Position numbers and translations under genes: made by a program. From NCBI GenBank assembly GCA_040289475.1, contig PSLF01000001.1, forward strand, positions 265,009 through 329,008: a stretch of 64,000 bases of DNA, in the 5' to 3' direction. A model generated the notes under the pieces. It saw only the letters and a list, made by a program, of their open reading frames with translations. It was not told the origin of the DNA and made no database searches. Of this stretch, positions 37,962-47,450 are shown piece after piece. How positions within the stretch are numbered: position 1 is the stretch's first letter; every line of letters starts with the position of its first letter. The stretch is from Acidimicrobiia bacterium. GTDB lineage: Bacteria; Actinomycetota; Acidimicrobiia; ATN3; PSLF01.

Positions 37962-39292
37962 TCTTCACTTTTTCCGGTACCGAGCACTCTGTCTGTGTAG
38001 GGGTTTCGGAACAAACCCACAGGGTCCAGTTCAGCGCGAACCTGTTGAAAGGCCTTCCACTGCGGGTATACCGATTCGAGAGTCGCTGCTGATCGGAAGT
38101 GCATTTTCCCCCAGTGCGGCCTCCCGCCAACCTCTTCCATAAGGGCCTCGACCATCTGGAAGTACTGAATTGGCTGCATGCCTCTGTAAGTGTGGACAGC
38201 TATCCACGCGGTATCTCTGCCATAAGCAGGGCTCAGCCATGGGGTCTCGGCAGGCGTGAAGCGCACCTCTACCGGGAACGAGATACGCAATCCAAAATCC
38301 TCGATTGCTTTCCGCAAGCGACGCAGAACCGGAGCTGTTTCTTCAACGGGGATCGCATACTCCATCTCATAGAAGCGAACCATGCGCTCGTTTAGGAAGG
38401 CTTTGTACCCGGGCAAAACTCTTGAAGATGAAGTTTCCATATCCGCGATTCGCTTGTTGATAGAGGGGATCGCTGCTGGAAACATCCTCCCGACTCGACA
38501 CAGGGTTTCGAATACGTAGTTCCCGAGAAAGATTGTGTAAAACCAGAGCTTCTTGGGGTCCACCTCTTTGGGCTCTTTAGACGTGCGGTTGTGCGATTTG
38601 GCCAAGACTTTGTCGGTGTGGGGAAACCAAAAAAACTCAAAGTGCTCGTTGCCAGACCTCAGTTCGTCGAGAGAGCAGAGCGCTTCTTCCCAAGGTATTG
38701 GCCACTCTTTTGTTAGAAGGTTGAATGTGGGCTCCAGTTCGAACCCTACCGCGGTGACAATTCCCAAAGCGCCGAGGTTCACGCGAGCGGCTTGGAAGAG
38801 ATCCGAGTCATTGTCTTCGGTGAGCTCCAGGATGCGCCCTCTCCCATCCACTATTCGCACGTAGTTGACCTGGGCAGAGATGCTTCCGAATAGCGAAGAA
38901 GTTCCATGAGTCCCGGTTGCAATCGCGCCAGCCAGCGATTGCTTACCTATGTCGCCCAAACTGGAGAAGGCTAAGCCAAGCGCGTAAAGTGAAGCCGCGG
39001 CTGCCTCGATTGTCATTCCGGCCCGGATAATAGCGGTAGGAGGGTCCAACGAGTAATTCTCGACTCCAGAGTACCGCTCGAGCGACACCATAAGCCCGTC
39101 GGTGCATGCAACGTCGGTAAAGGAGTGACCGCTGCCCACTGCTTTGATACGGGATCCACTAGATTGAGCTCGTTCGACGGCGGCTACGATCTCCTCCTCG
39201 ATGGCGGGTCTCAGCGATTCCTTGGGCGAGCAGGTTTGATTCCCTGCCCAATTGACCCACGCCTCGAGGCCTTTACGTGCGAGCCTAGGCAT
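37958..39292 (-). CDS. FAD-linked oxidoreductase of the sugar 1,4-lactone oxidase family (PCMH-type FAD-binding plus ALO domain)
   Basis: NWAGNQTCSP...KAVGSGHSF (FAD-binding), GTHGT, and C-terminal RPHWGK of D-arabinono/L-gulono-1,4-lactone oxidases. Confidence 0.85.
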   Translation of the reverse strand: MPRLARKGLEAWVNWAGNQTCSPKESLRPAIEEEIVAAVERAQSSGSRIKAVGSGHSFTDVACTDGLMVSLERYSGVENYSLDPPTAIIRAGMTIEAAAASLYALGLAFSSLGDIGKQSLAGAIATGTHGTSSLFGSISAQVNYVRIVDGRGRILELTEDNDSDLFQAARVNLGALGIVTAVGFELEPTFNLLTKEWPIPWEEALCSLDELRSGNEHFEFFWFPHTDKVLAKSHNRTSKEPKEVDPKKLWFYTIFLGNYVFETLCRVGRMFPAAIPSINKRIADMETSSSRVLPGYKAFLNERMVRFYEMEYAIPVEETAPVLRRLRKAIEDFGLRISFPVEVRFTPAETPWLSPAYGRDTAWIAVHTYRGMQPIQYFQMVEALMEEVGGRPHWGKMHFRSAATLESVYPQWKAFQQVRAELDPVGLFRNPYTDRVLGTGKSED

Positions 39293-39435
39293 TGGAATAC
39301 TCGGGTTTTAAGAGACACTCGGCAAAAAGCGGTGTTAGTTTAGCTCTACCCCTAAAGTCTCGGGTGAGCCTGCCCCGCCTTGCCAAGTGCGTGATCGGCG
39401 ATTGTCGTTGACATAAACAGGTAAGAAGAGTCGTC

Positions 39436-41337
39436 ATGGCACGTCAGTTCGCAAGAATACCGCCGAGGGTCGCTGCTTCGCTCGGAGAAGGAGTCGACCG
39501 GCGCAATCTCGACAGCGGTCTTCTTCTACGCGTGTGGCGATTTGCCGCTCCACACCACAAGAAGATTCTCGCCTATGCAGCACTTCTAGCAATAGGAACG
39601 GTCATAGGAGTTCTACCCCCCTTGGTGCTGCGCCAGATCATCGATCGGGCGCTACCATCTCGGCAGTACGCCCTTTTGAATCTTTTAGCGCTGACCGCGA
39701 TCGCCCTAGCGGTGGCGGACACAGTTTTTTCGGTCGCCAACCGTTTTTTGTCGGCATCTATTGGTGAAGGGATCATCCTCAATTTGCGAGTCGCACTGTT
39801 TGACAAGTTGATGCAGATGCCGGTGGCCTTCTTCACGAAGGCGCAAACGGGTGCGATTATGAGCCGGTTTTCCACTGACGTAGTGGGAGCCCAGTCTGTC
39901 GTGACAACGGTGACGGCAGTGGCGACAGAGGGCCTTTTGCTGCTGGCCACTCTAGCGGTGATGCTAACGCTGAGCTGGCAAGCAACCGCTTTGGCGCTCG
40001 GAATTATGCCAGCCGTGGTGATTTTGGACAGATGGATCGGTCAGAGGGTCGTACCGCTTTCCAGGTCGAGGCTTGAAGCGAATGCCGCAATGAACACCAC
40101 AACAAGCGAGCACTTCAATGTGTCCGGAGCTTGGGTATCGAAGCTGTACGGTGACCGCCAACGAGAGACGACCTCTTTTGCTGAAAAGGCCTCTAGGGTG
40201 GCCGAGTACGGCGTGAAAACAGCAATGGTTATGCGGACGTACTCGGCCTGTCTTTCGCTCTTGGGCGCGGCAGGAACTGTTTTCGTGTACTGGGTCGGAG
40301 GCACCTTGGTGATGAGGGGGACCATGACCATCGGCACGCTTCTAGCTCTGGGAATTTACGCGCAACGCTTGTATACACCAATCTCCGTGATCGCATCAGC
40401 CCGGGTGGACCTTCTGTCAGCGCTCGTCGCATTTGAACGGTGTTTCGAGGTTCTCGACGCCGACGTTCCAATAAAGGACTCTCCCACCGCTCGTCCTCTT
40501 TTGATCAAAAAGGGGCGGGTTGTATTTGACCACGTGTGGTTCAGGTATCCCTCAAAGGAAGCGACGTACATTCCCTCTCTCGAACAGAGCGGATCCGATC
40601 TCGGCTTCACCTGTTCGGAGGGGAAGTGGATTGGGTGCGATGCGCCCAGTCGGCTCGAAGAGTCGCAGTCTTTGACCTATGACGAATCTCATGTATGGGT
40701 GCTACGAGATGTCTCGTTCATTGCGGAGCCGGGAAAGATGACAGCTATCGTGGGGCAGACCGGAGCAGGGAAAAGCACGCTGCTTTCGCTGATCCCGAGG
40801 CTGTACGACGTGGATAAAGGACGGATTTTGATCGATGGCGAAGACATACGAGATGTCACCCAGGAAAGCTTGAGGCAACAAATCGGAATGGTGACTCAGG
40901 AAACCTTTTTGTTTCACGACACCCTCGAGGCCAATCTCCGCTATGCAAGGCCAGATGCCACCGAGGAAGAGCTGCGTCGTGCGTGCGAGATCGCGGGTGT
41001 TTTGTCATTGGTAGACTCCCTTCCCGATGGGTTTTCTACCGTCGTAGGCGAACGGGGATATCGTCTTTCCGGTGGCGAAAAGCAGCGAGTGGCGATCGCT
41101 CGCCTGGTACTCAGGGATCCTAAGATCGTGATTCTAGACGAACCTACCGCCCACTTGGACCAGGAGACCGAGACAGCTGTCCACTCTGCTCTAATGAAAG
41201 CCTTGGAGGGGAGAACCGCTATCGTCGTGTCACACAGGATGTCCTTTGTGGAGCATGCGGACGCTGTGTACGAGCTTACCGAAGGAAGATTGGTTCGCAC
41301 CCGTCTCCCCCGTCTAGAGCGCGCTTCCCAGGCGTGA
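39436..41337 (+). CDS. ABC exporter, fused permease/ATPase (MsbA-like), with a roughly 45-aa insertion between the permease domain and Walker A
   Basis: Six-TM N-terminal domain, Walker A GQTGAGKST, signature LSGGEKQRVAIAR, Walker B IVILDEPTAHLD. The inserted segment YIPSLEQSGSDLGFTCSEGKWIGCDAPSRLEESQSLTYDESHV precedes VLRDVSF. Confidence 0.9.
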   Translation: MARQFARIPPRVAASLGEGVDRRNLDSGLLLRVWRFAAPHHKKILAYAALLAIGTVIGVLPPLVLRQIIDRALPSRQYALLNLLALTAIALAVADTVFSVANRFLSASIGEGIILNLRVALFDKLMQMPVAFFTKAQTGAIMSRFSTDVVGAQSVVTTVTAVATEGLLLLATLAVMLTLSWQATALALGIMPAVVILDRWIGQRVVPLSRSRLEANAAMNTTTSEHFNVSGAWVSKLYGDRQRETTSFAEKASRVAEYGVKTAMVMRTYSACLSLLGAAGTVFVYWVGGTLVMRGTMTIGTLLALGIYAQRLYTPISVIASARVDLLSALVAFERCFEVLDADVPIKDSPTARPLLIKKGRVVFDHVWFRYPSKEATYIPSLEQSGSDLGFTCSEGKWIGCDAPSRLEESQSLTYDESHVWVLRDVSFIAEPGKMTAIVGQTGAGKSTLLSLIPRLYDVDKGRILIDGEDIRDVTQESLRQQIGMVTQETFLFHDTLEANLRYARPDATEEELRRACEIAGVLSLVDSLPDGFSTVVGERGYRLSGGEKQRVAIARLVLRDPKIVILDEPTAHLDQETETAVHSALMKALEGRTAIVVSHRMSFVEHADAVYELTEGRLVRTRLPRLERASQA

Positions 41338-41376
41338 GCGTGAGCGATTCGACAGGTTCGGAAATGTTGCCTCGGA

Positions 41377-42408
41377 TTACACGTTGAAGCGGACGAAGAG
41401 CACGTCTTCTGGTCTAACAACGTAAGACTTTCCCTCCAAACGCACAGCCCCTCTTCGCCGAGCTTCCTTGAGAGATCCTACCTCTAGAAGCTTTTTAGCA
41501 GGAATCACTTCTGCCCTAATGAAACCGCGCTCCATGTCAGAGTGGATTCGGCCGGCCGCTTCGAGCGCGGTTGATCCTTCTGGGAGGAGCCATGCCCTAG
41601 CCTCTTTGTCGTTTGCCGTGTAAAAGACAATGAGGCCCAACGCCCGAAGAACAGCCGATGCGAGACGCGTCGCTATCGGAGTTTCAATGGAAAACTCGGC
41701 GGCCATTTCAGCAGCCGTGTCGGCATCGGCTTCTGCAATCTCTGCCAATCCGGCTTCGATCTCGAGGGGCGAGGCTATAACCGCCGTCGCGACCTTGGCG
41801 AGCTTATCGGCTACGAGGCGCTGAAGTTTTTCGGCGTTTGTCGCTAAGGACTCGTCTATGTTGACAATAACTATCAAAGGCTTGGATATGACCAGCCCCC
41901 ACTCTTTCGGAATCAAGCTTGTGTCCCGGGCGAGATTGCGCGCAGCCTCGATGTCTTGGGACTCCAGCAACGACACAAGCTTTTGAGAGGCTTCGACTAC
42001 GACGCTCACATGACGGTCCCCAGCCGCCGCAATTTTTTTTAGCCGAGGTATCGCTCCTTCTATAACAGAGAGGTCTTCGAGAATAGCAGTATCCACCCAG
42101 CGATAAACTTGGCCGATCCCTTCTTTCGATGCTTGTGTGGCATCCTGGGAAGCCTCGGGCCGCACGACGACCACGACGCAGTCGCTTTCCCTTATGGGAG
42201 CGACCGAGCGCCCACCTACTTCCTCGAAAGAGAGTTTCACGGGGGTAACTTGTGCGGATCCTTCTGCTTGAGCTATGCGAACCAGGGTCTCGTCCGGAAG
42301 TGAATACACGATGTGAGAGTGTTTTGCGCCGGGGCTCGTTCTGCCCAATGCCCTCAAAAGAGTGGACTTTCCTGATCGAGGTTCCCCAGAAACGGTTGTA
42401 CGCTCCAT
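41377..42408 (-). CDS. YchF/Obg-family P-loop protein with a canonical C-terminal TGS domain but a degenerate G domain
   Basis: C-terminus GRIHSDMERGFIRAEV...LEGKSYVVRPEDVLFVRFNV matches YchF closely. The N-terminus keeps the P-loop GEPRSGKST but lacks the NFPFCT (G2) and DxxG (G3) motifs. An in-frame stop 6 codons upstream of the ATG rules out a longer N-terminus. Confidence 0.7.
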   Translation of the reverse strand: MERTTVSGEPRSGKSTLLRALGRTSPGAKHSHIVYSLPDETLVRIAQAEGSAQVTPVKLSFEEVGGRSVAPIRESDCVVVVVRPEASQDATQASKEGIGQVYRWVDTAILEDLSVIEGAIPRLKKIAAAGDRHVSVVVEASQKLVSLLESQDIEAARNLARDTSLIPKEWGLVISKPLIVIVNIDESLATNAEKLQRLVADKLAKVATAVIASPLEIEAGLAEIAEADADTAAEMAAEFSIETPIATRLASAVLRALGLIVFYTANDKEARAWLLPEGSTALEAAGRIHSDMERGFIRAEVIPAKKLLEVGSLKEARRRGAVRLEGKSYVVRPEDVLFVRFNV

Positions 42409-42493
42409 CGATGCGCGTCTCGTTGATCAGTGGTCTTCGGACCGTGAAGAGGATCCCATCGAGAACTGACGGCGATAGCGAGAGGTCGACGAT

Positions 42494-44086
42494 TTGGAAA
42501 ACGAAGCTAATTCGCACAAGCACGTAGTTCCCAGCAAAGAGAAGTTCGGGAGAGCCGTCCCCCTTTTAGTGATCGTAGTGGTCATAGCTGCACTCACCCG
42601 TTTTTCTGGACTATCGCACCCCAGGGAGGTGTACTTCGACGAAACCTACTATGCCAACGATGCCGTTGTATACCTAGAAGGCCGGGAGGCGTTTCGAGAT
42701 AACTTGGACGCACGGTATGGAGGAACCTCTCGTGCTTCCCAGATTGTGCCTGTTGGAGCTGTGCCAGGCGAGATTTCGTGGGTCCATCCGCCTTTAGGAA
42801 AGTGGGCCATTGCCATTGGGATCATACTCTTTGGCAAGCAGCCGCTCGGATGGAGGGCACTTCCAGCGACCTTTGGAACGGTAGCTGTCGGACTGGTATT
42901 CGTCATTGCCTGGCTCCTGTGGGAAAAGCGGAGCTGGGCATTTCTCGCCGCACTCATGGTGGCGGTGGACGGCCTGGAGATCACCATGTCGCGGGTGGCT
43001 ATGCTCGACATATTTGCTGCAACCTTCATGCTCGCATCTTTCGCTTGTTTGCTGGCAGAAAGGCACAGACTCACTCGCATGAGACAGTCATTATTGACGA
43101 GTACGAGCGGAGTGACCGATGGGCAAGGCATTTATCCGGACCCAACCGGCTCTATCCACTCGTATCCAAGGCAAAATCCCGACGAACCTTGGGACGCGGT
43201 CTACCAAGATCTCGAATACTCACAAGACTTTGAATACTCAGTCCAGTGGCGAGATGAATCGCCTCGCTCGTCTCTCGGTTCCAAGCGTTATCTTGCATTG
43301 TCCGGTGTGTTGATGGGCCTCGCTTTGGCTTCCAAGCTCAACGCGCTGTTCGCTTGGGTCATTGTGGTCGTCTTTGCGCTCGTATGGTATGTGCAGCTTC
43401 GCGCTCCCACCACCCGTGCTTCGGATGCAATCATGAACTGCCTTCCTAGGGTTTTGACTTTACTGGTTTTTGTACCCGCCCTCGTGTATGTGATCAGCTT
43501 TACACGCTTCTACGTAGACAACGCCGCCGGATCTATCGGAAAAAATCCGCTGGGGACCCTTTCAGAGTTCGTCAAGTTACAGGTGAATACAGTCAAATAC
43601 CACTCGACGATGCGCCAGGATCATCCGTACAAGTCGTCCCCGCAATCCTGGCCCCTCATGTGGAGGCCGATCGCTTTTTGGTATCACGATTACCAAAACG
43701 GGATGCGAGGCCACATTTTGGCGGTAGGCAATCCAGTACTTTGGTGGTCTTACCTTCTGTGCTTTCCTGCGCTGCTCGGATTAATCGTTGCCAAGAGGCG
43801 CTGGCAGGACATCTTTGTTTTGGCAGGCTATGCAGGGCAGTATCTACCGTGGTTCGCGTCTTCTCGGACTGCCTTTTTTTATTACATGCTTCCCGTCGTG
43901 CCATTTATGGCTTTGACAATTGTTTCGGTGGTGGGCTCGCTTCGAAAACGCGTTCGACAGGCTGTTTTCATGGGCCTGGGGAGTGCGGCTTTACTCGCAG
44001 GGATCGCTTTCTATCCCATATGGACGGGAATTCCTATTGCCGAATCGATCTGGTCACGACTTATGCTTTTCCGGAGTTGGATTTAA
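42494..44086 (+). CDS. pmt: Protein O-mannosyltransferase (PMT/GT39 family, dolichyl/polyprenyl-phosphate-mannose dependent)
   Basis: N-terminal loop-1 motif YFDETYYA...VHPPLGKW, multiple TM segments, and the conserved C-terminal region of Pmt. Confidence 0.85.
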   Translation: MENEANSHKHVVPSKEKFGRAVPLLVIVVVIAALTRFSGLSHPREVYFDETYYANDAVVYLEGREAFRDNLDARYGGTSRASQIVPVGAVPGEISWVHPPLGKWAIAIGIILFGKQPLGWRALPATFGTVAVGLVFVIAWLLWEKRSWAFLAALMVAVDGLEITMSRVAMLDIFAATFMLASFACLLAERHRLTRMRQSLLTSTSGVTDGQGIYPDPTGSIHSYPRQNPDEPWDAVYQDLEYSQDFEYSVQWRDESPRSSLGSKRYLALSGVLMGLALASKLNALFAWVIVVVFALVWYVQLRAPTTRASDAIMNCLPRVLTLLVFVPALVYVISFTRFYVDNAAGSIGKNPLGTLSEFVKLQVNTVKYHSTMRQDHPYKSSPQSWPLMWRPIAFWYHDYQNGMRGHILAVGNPVLWWSYLLCFPALLGLIVAKRRWQDIFVLAGYAGQYLPWFASSRTAFFYYMLPVVPFMALTIVSVVGSLRKRVRQAVFMGLGSAALLAGIAFYPIWTGIPIAESIWSRLMLFRSWI

Positions 44087-44192
44087 AGTGTCGGCAAGGT
44101 TAGTGAGTATTGGGAGCCGCATAGGATGAGCAAGAGGACAAGAAAGCGGAGAGCAAAGGCGAGGCGGTCTAAAGCAAACCACCGCAAGCGTC

Positions 44193-44993
44193 CTAACACT
44201 GGATAATCCTAGCCGGGGTGCGAGTGCGTGTTCTAGACATTCCGCCGAAATACCACACGAATACTAGGGTCGCCAGGAAGGACAAGGTGGCAATCGATCC
44301 CCACCTAGGTTCCAGTCCGAGATAGGAGATTACGATCCCCGCTGGAATAGACGATAAGGAAGCAGATCCGGCATCCCCCAGGGAAAATCGAGTGATCGGC
44401 ACCATCCCATAAGAGGGTAGTGTCACTCCCAAAAGCGATGCCACCGCAGCCACACTCCAGGCCCCAATTCCGGAAAGCGTTATCGTCGTTACCATGCGGC
44501 GCACAGGAATTTTTGCGAGCAATGCTGCAGTTACTGCGGCGGCCACCAGGCCGGCGAGGGGTCCTTGCACTGCAGAAGCTTGGTTGGGGCTGGAAAAGAT
44601 GGCAGTCACCAAGGCTGGCGCTGTGCCTGCTTGAACAGTCGCAGCGGGTATCGAGATCCAGGTGAGCTTCGATGTTTGTGCCATCCGGAGGGACGACTCG
44701 TTGTTGTCGACGGAGTAGGCCGAGCGGCGAATAGCCGCAGTTGTGGTTGCAACGGCAAGAATTCCTGCCCCTGCTCGGAACAGCGTTATCGACTTTCCCT
44801 CGAGCGGAACCGCACCTAGCCCGATGCCGCCTGCCCAGGCGATCGTTAATGCAACGCCTGTGAATCCGACCAACATCCAACTGCGCTTAGGGATTTTCGT
44901 GGAATTCCCGTATGCCCAGAGAAGAAAAAAGGGCCCAAAGGTGGCTGAGAAAACAATGGCAAACGCGGGGAACACCTCAGTGCCCCCCTTCAC
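44193..44993 (-). CDS. Polytopic integral membrane protein (hypothetical), last gene of the DUF2993-GH31-membrane operon
   Basis: Six to eight hydrophobic helices across 266 aa, and 17-nt overlap with the upstream GH31-like gene. Confidence 0.5.
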   Translation of the reverse strand: MKGGTEVFPAFAIVFSATFGPFFLLWAYGNSTKIPKRSWMLVGFTGVALTIAWAGGIGLGAVPLEGKSITLFRAGAGILAVATTTAAIRRSAYSVDNNESSLRMAQTSKLTWISIPAATVQAGTAPALVTAIFSSPNQASAVQGPLAGLVAAAVTAALLAKIPVRRMVTTITLSGIGAWSVAAVASLLGVTLPSYGMVPITRFSLGDAGSASLSSIPAGIVISYLGLEPRWGSIATLSFLATLVFVWYFGGMSRTRTRTPARIIQC

Positions 44994-46512
44994 TGGGCCG
45001 CATTACTGCTCTCGACAAAGGTTCTAAAAGTGGCGAGCCGTCTCGCACGAACACGGGGTATTCGTCTAGTGGCACCTTCATTTCTAGGCGCGTGTCACCG
45101 TTGTAAATGCGCCCGGGGTCGAACAGGTAACGCCAGCTTCCTTGGTCGGGTAGTCGCACATCGGACGCGCCCGACTCGTCGATGATTGGCTGAACGAAGA
45201 TGTCGGGGCCGAGCGTGTAAGAGAAAGTCCTGCGATCCAGGAAGCGCATCGCTGACTGCTGCTCTATAGGGAATCGATGTGCCAACTCAAGAATATACGG
45301 GACGAGAGCCATGTGTATTCGGACGAAGCGAGCGTAGGCCTCGGTTGCCTCGGGGCCGTAGCCGAACGGACGGTGCTCGGCTATCCCTCCGTTCTCCATA
45401 ACGGGCGAGAACGCGCCCAGAGCTGCCCAGCGAAGCAAGAGATCTCGGGGGACAACCGATCCCGGAGGGGCTATATATCCGCCAATGTCGGAACCGAAGC
45501 CAAAGTATCCGAGTTCCGAGGAGTAGTAAAAGTTGAGGAGGGCTCCCCTGATCCCGGTGTAGTGGTTGGGATCGAAGGAACTCAACTGGTCGCCGACCCA
45601 TCCAGACCAACCGATTTCAGGTGGAGAGAACGAGTGAGCCAGAGCAGCTTTGGGGCCCGGATCACGGCGTTGCGTGTCGACGGGCCTAGCTGTGATCATG
45701 GCATCAGCTCCCCGTGCTAGCCTGGTGATTTGGTAGAGGGTGGCGTAATACTGTCTCGAGTACTCTAGGGGCGAAACCTGGCGAGATAGATATGGAGACC
45801 ACGGGGCCGCGACTACGTAGGGATCTGTCGCATCGACTTTGAATCCATCGACTCCTAGGGAGAGTGCCTTGTCCATTAGGGAGCCCCACCACTGAACAGC
45901 TTCGGGGTTGAAGAAATCGACTAGGCTGCCTTGCCCTTTCCACCATCGAACGACTTTGGGCGATCTTTGAGGACCTTCGGTCATGAAAAACCCTTTTCTG
46001 GCCGCTAGTTCGTACTCGGATCTGGCTTCGAGGTTCATGACGCCGGTTATCCATACGATGACTTTTACCCCCCGAGAGTGAAAGTAGGCGACCATACCTG
46101 CAAAATCTTGAAAGCGGTTCGGATCGGGCTCGAACGTGTTATATGCAGTTTCCCACGGGCTGTCGATAATCACTGCTGTAACCGTGATTCCGCGGTCGAG
46201 GTAGCTATCAACGAGCCGGACAGCGCTGTCTTGTGTGGACTCGTCTTCCCATACCCAGTGGCCGTACACCCAGGAGGGGGGCGGTGAAGTTTCGGTTACC
46301 GAGATTTTTTGTACGTGGCTAGCGTCGGCCGGTGCTGGTCGGTCAATAGATATAAACGGCGACGATGGTAGGTGCGGCTCTGGAGACTGTGTAGCTAGAC
46401 AGGAAACTGCCAAAATCGCGCCAGCGATGGCGATCCGTGTGAGTACCCGCAGTGTGCGTGCACGCACGAAATCTCGACAAACGAGCCGTCCAGCCATATG
46501 CCTGGAAAACAT
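44977..46512 (-). CDS. Secreted glycoside hydrolase, GH31-like TIM-barrel (compact form)
   Basis: Signal/anchor LTRIAIAGAILAVSCLA; VIIDSPWET...FHSRGVKVIVWI; GVDGFKVDATDP (nucleophile region); GSDIGGY (acid/base region) resembling the GH31 catalytic motifs. Confidence 0.6.
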   Translation of the reverse strand: MFSRHMAGRLVCRDFVRARTLRVLTRIAIAGAILAVSCLATQSPEPHLPSSPFISIDRPAPADASHVQKISVTETSPPPSWVYGHWVWEDESTQDSAVRLVDSYLDRGITVTAVIIDSPWETAYNTFEPDPNRFQDFAGMVAYFHSRGVKVIVWITGVMNLEARSEYELAARKGFFMTEGPQRSPKVVRWWKGQGSLVDFFNPEAVQWWGSLMDKALSLGVDGFKVDATDPYVVAAPWSPYLSRQVSPLEYSRQYYATLYQITRLARGADAMITARPVDTQRRDPGPKAALAHSFSPPEIGWSGWVGDQLSSFDPNHYTGIRGALLNFYYSSELGYFGFGSDIGGYIAPPGSVVPRDLLLRWAALGAFSPVMENGGIAEHRPFGYGPEATEAYARFVRIHMALVPYILELAHRFPIEQQSAMRFLDRRTFSYTLGPDIFVQPIIDESGASDVRLPDQGSWRYLFDPGRIYNGDTRLEMKVPLDEYPVFVRDGSPLLEPLSRAVMRPSEGGH

Positions 46513-46530
46513 AACCCCGACTCTTTGTCT

Positions 46531-47430
46531 TTAGGTTTTCTTAACGGAGGATGGGGTTGGGGAAGGTGTTCTGGATGGGGTCGGCTTTCTGGTCGGGGGA
46601 GGGCTCGAAGTTTCTTTGGGAGACGCCGGCACTGTTTGCGACGGTGAGGCATCGGAAAGCTCGGATTCTTGGAAACCAGGAGGTTGCTCCTGGCTTGGCT
46701 CTTCTCCGTAAAGTTTATTAACCGAAGCCGAGAGCAACATGTACCCATCGAAGGTCTCAACGGATCTAGCCCTGATGCCCGCTATGGGGGGAATAGGTAG
46801 GACCGCCGACAATGCAGCTTTGGCGCTAGACGTCTCGACTCCCTTCTGATCGATGGCTTTAGGCTCGAGCGTCAACATGGTATCCGAAATCTCAAGGAGT
46901 GCTCTGGCCGATAGGTGAAGTGTCCGACTACCATCCCCGGAGACATCTGCGGCAACGGATACATCGCCCGGAGCGAGAGTGACCGTTATCGCGAACCCCT
47001 CGGCTCTGAGAAAACGGTTGAACTCGGACTGCTCAAGCCGGGCTGTCACCTGGCCTCGCTCAGATTCGAATGCTGATACACCCCCCATTACTCTTCGCCG
47101 GTCAAAATGAACGTCGGATAAAACGAACGAGACCTCCGAAAAGTTTACGGGGCTTATAAACCGGTCTGATGCCGTCGCAGCTTGTGCGGTGTCGACATGA
47201 TTCATGCGAACACTCAGGGATGGTAGTTTCCCGGAGACCATGTCGGCGAGGAAGGCCCTCGTACCAAAAGAGACTTCGAGTTCTTCCGGGTTGTAGAGGG
47301 CTTTTAGATCTTTTGTTACTGCTGCCTTGGCCCTGGGGAGGAGAAGCATTTGAGCCGAGAGGCCTGCCGTTACGAGGAAGACTATGGCTGCTGCTAAGAA
47401 GTACGCCGTAACCTTGGCAAAACGTTTCAC
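46531..47430 (-). CDS. DUF2993/LmeA-like membrane-anchored protein with a Pro/Ser/Thr-rich C-terminal tail
   Basis: N-terminal TM AYFLAAAIVFLVTAGL, a repeated-strand domain typical of DUF2993, and C-terminal PPPTRKPTPSRTPSPTPSS. Confidence 0.5.
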   Translation of the reverse strand: MKRFAKVTAYFLAAAIVFLVTAGLSAQMLLLPRAKAAVTKDLKALYNPEELEVSFGTRAFLADMVSGKLPSLSVRMNHVDTAQAATASDRFISPVNFSEVSFVLSDVHFDRRRVMGGVSAFESERGQVTARLEQSEFNRFLRAEGFAITVTLAPGDVSVAADVSGDGSRTLHLSARALLEISDTMLTLEPKAIDQKGVETSSAKAALSAVLPIPPIAGIRARSVETFDGYMLLSASVNKLYGEEPSQEQPPGFQESELSDASPSQTVPASPKETSSPPPTRKPTPSRTPSPTPSSVKKT

Positions 47431-47450
47431 AAACGAGCTCCTGTAAACGT

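Noticed and set aside
41804-42523. 239-aa ORF on the minus strand overlapping the ychF-like gene and the pmt start
   Set aside because: It is out of frame with the conserved YchF TGS-domain translation, Arg/Ser-rich, and overlaps two confident genes.
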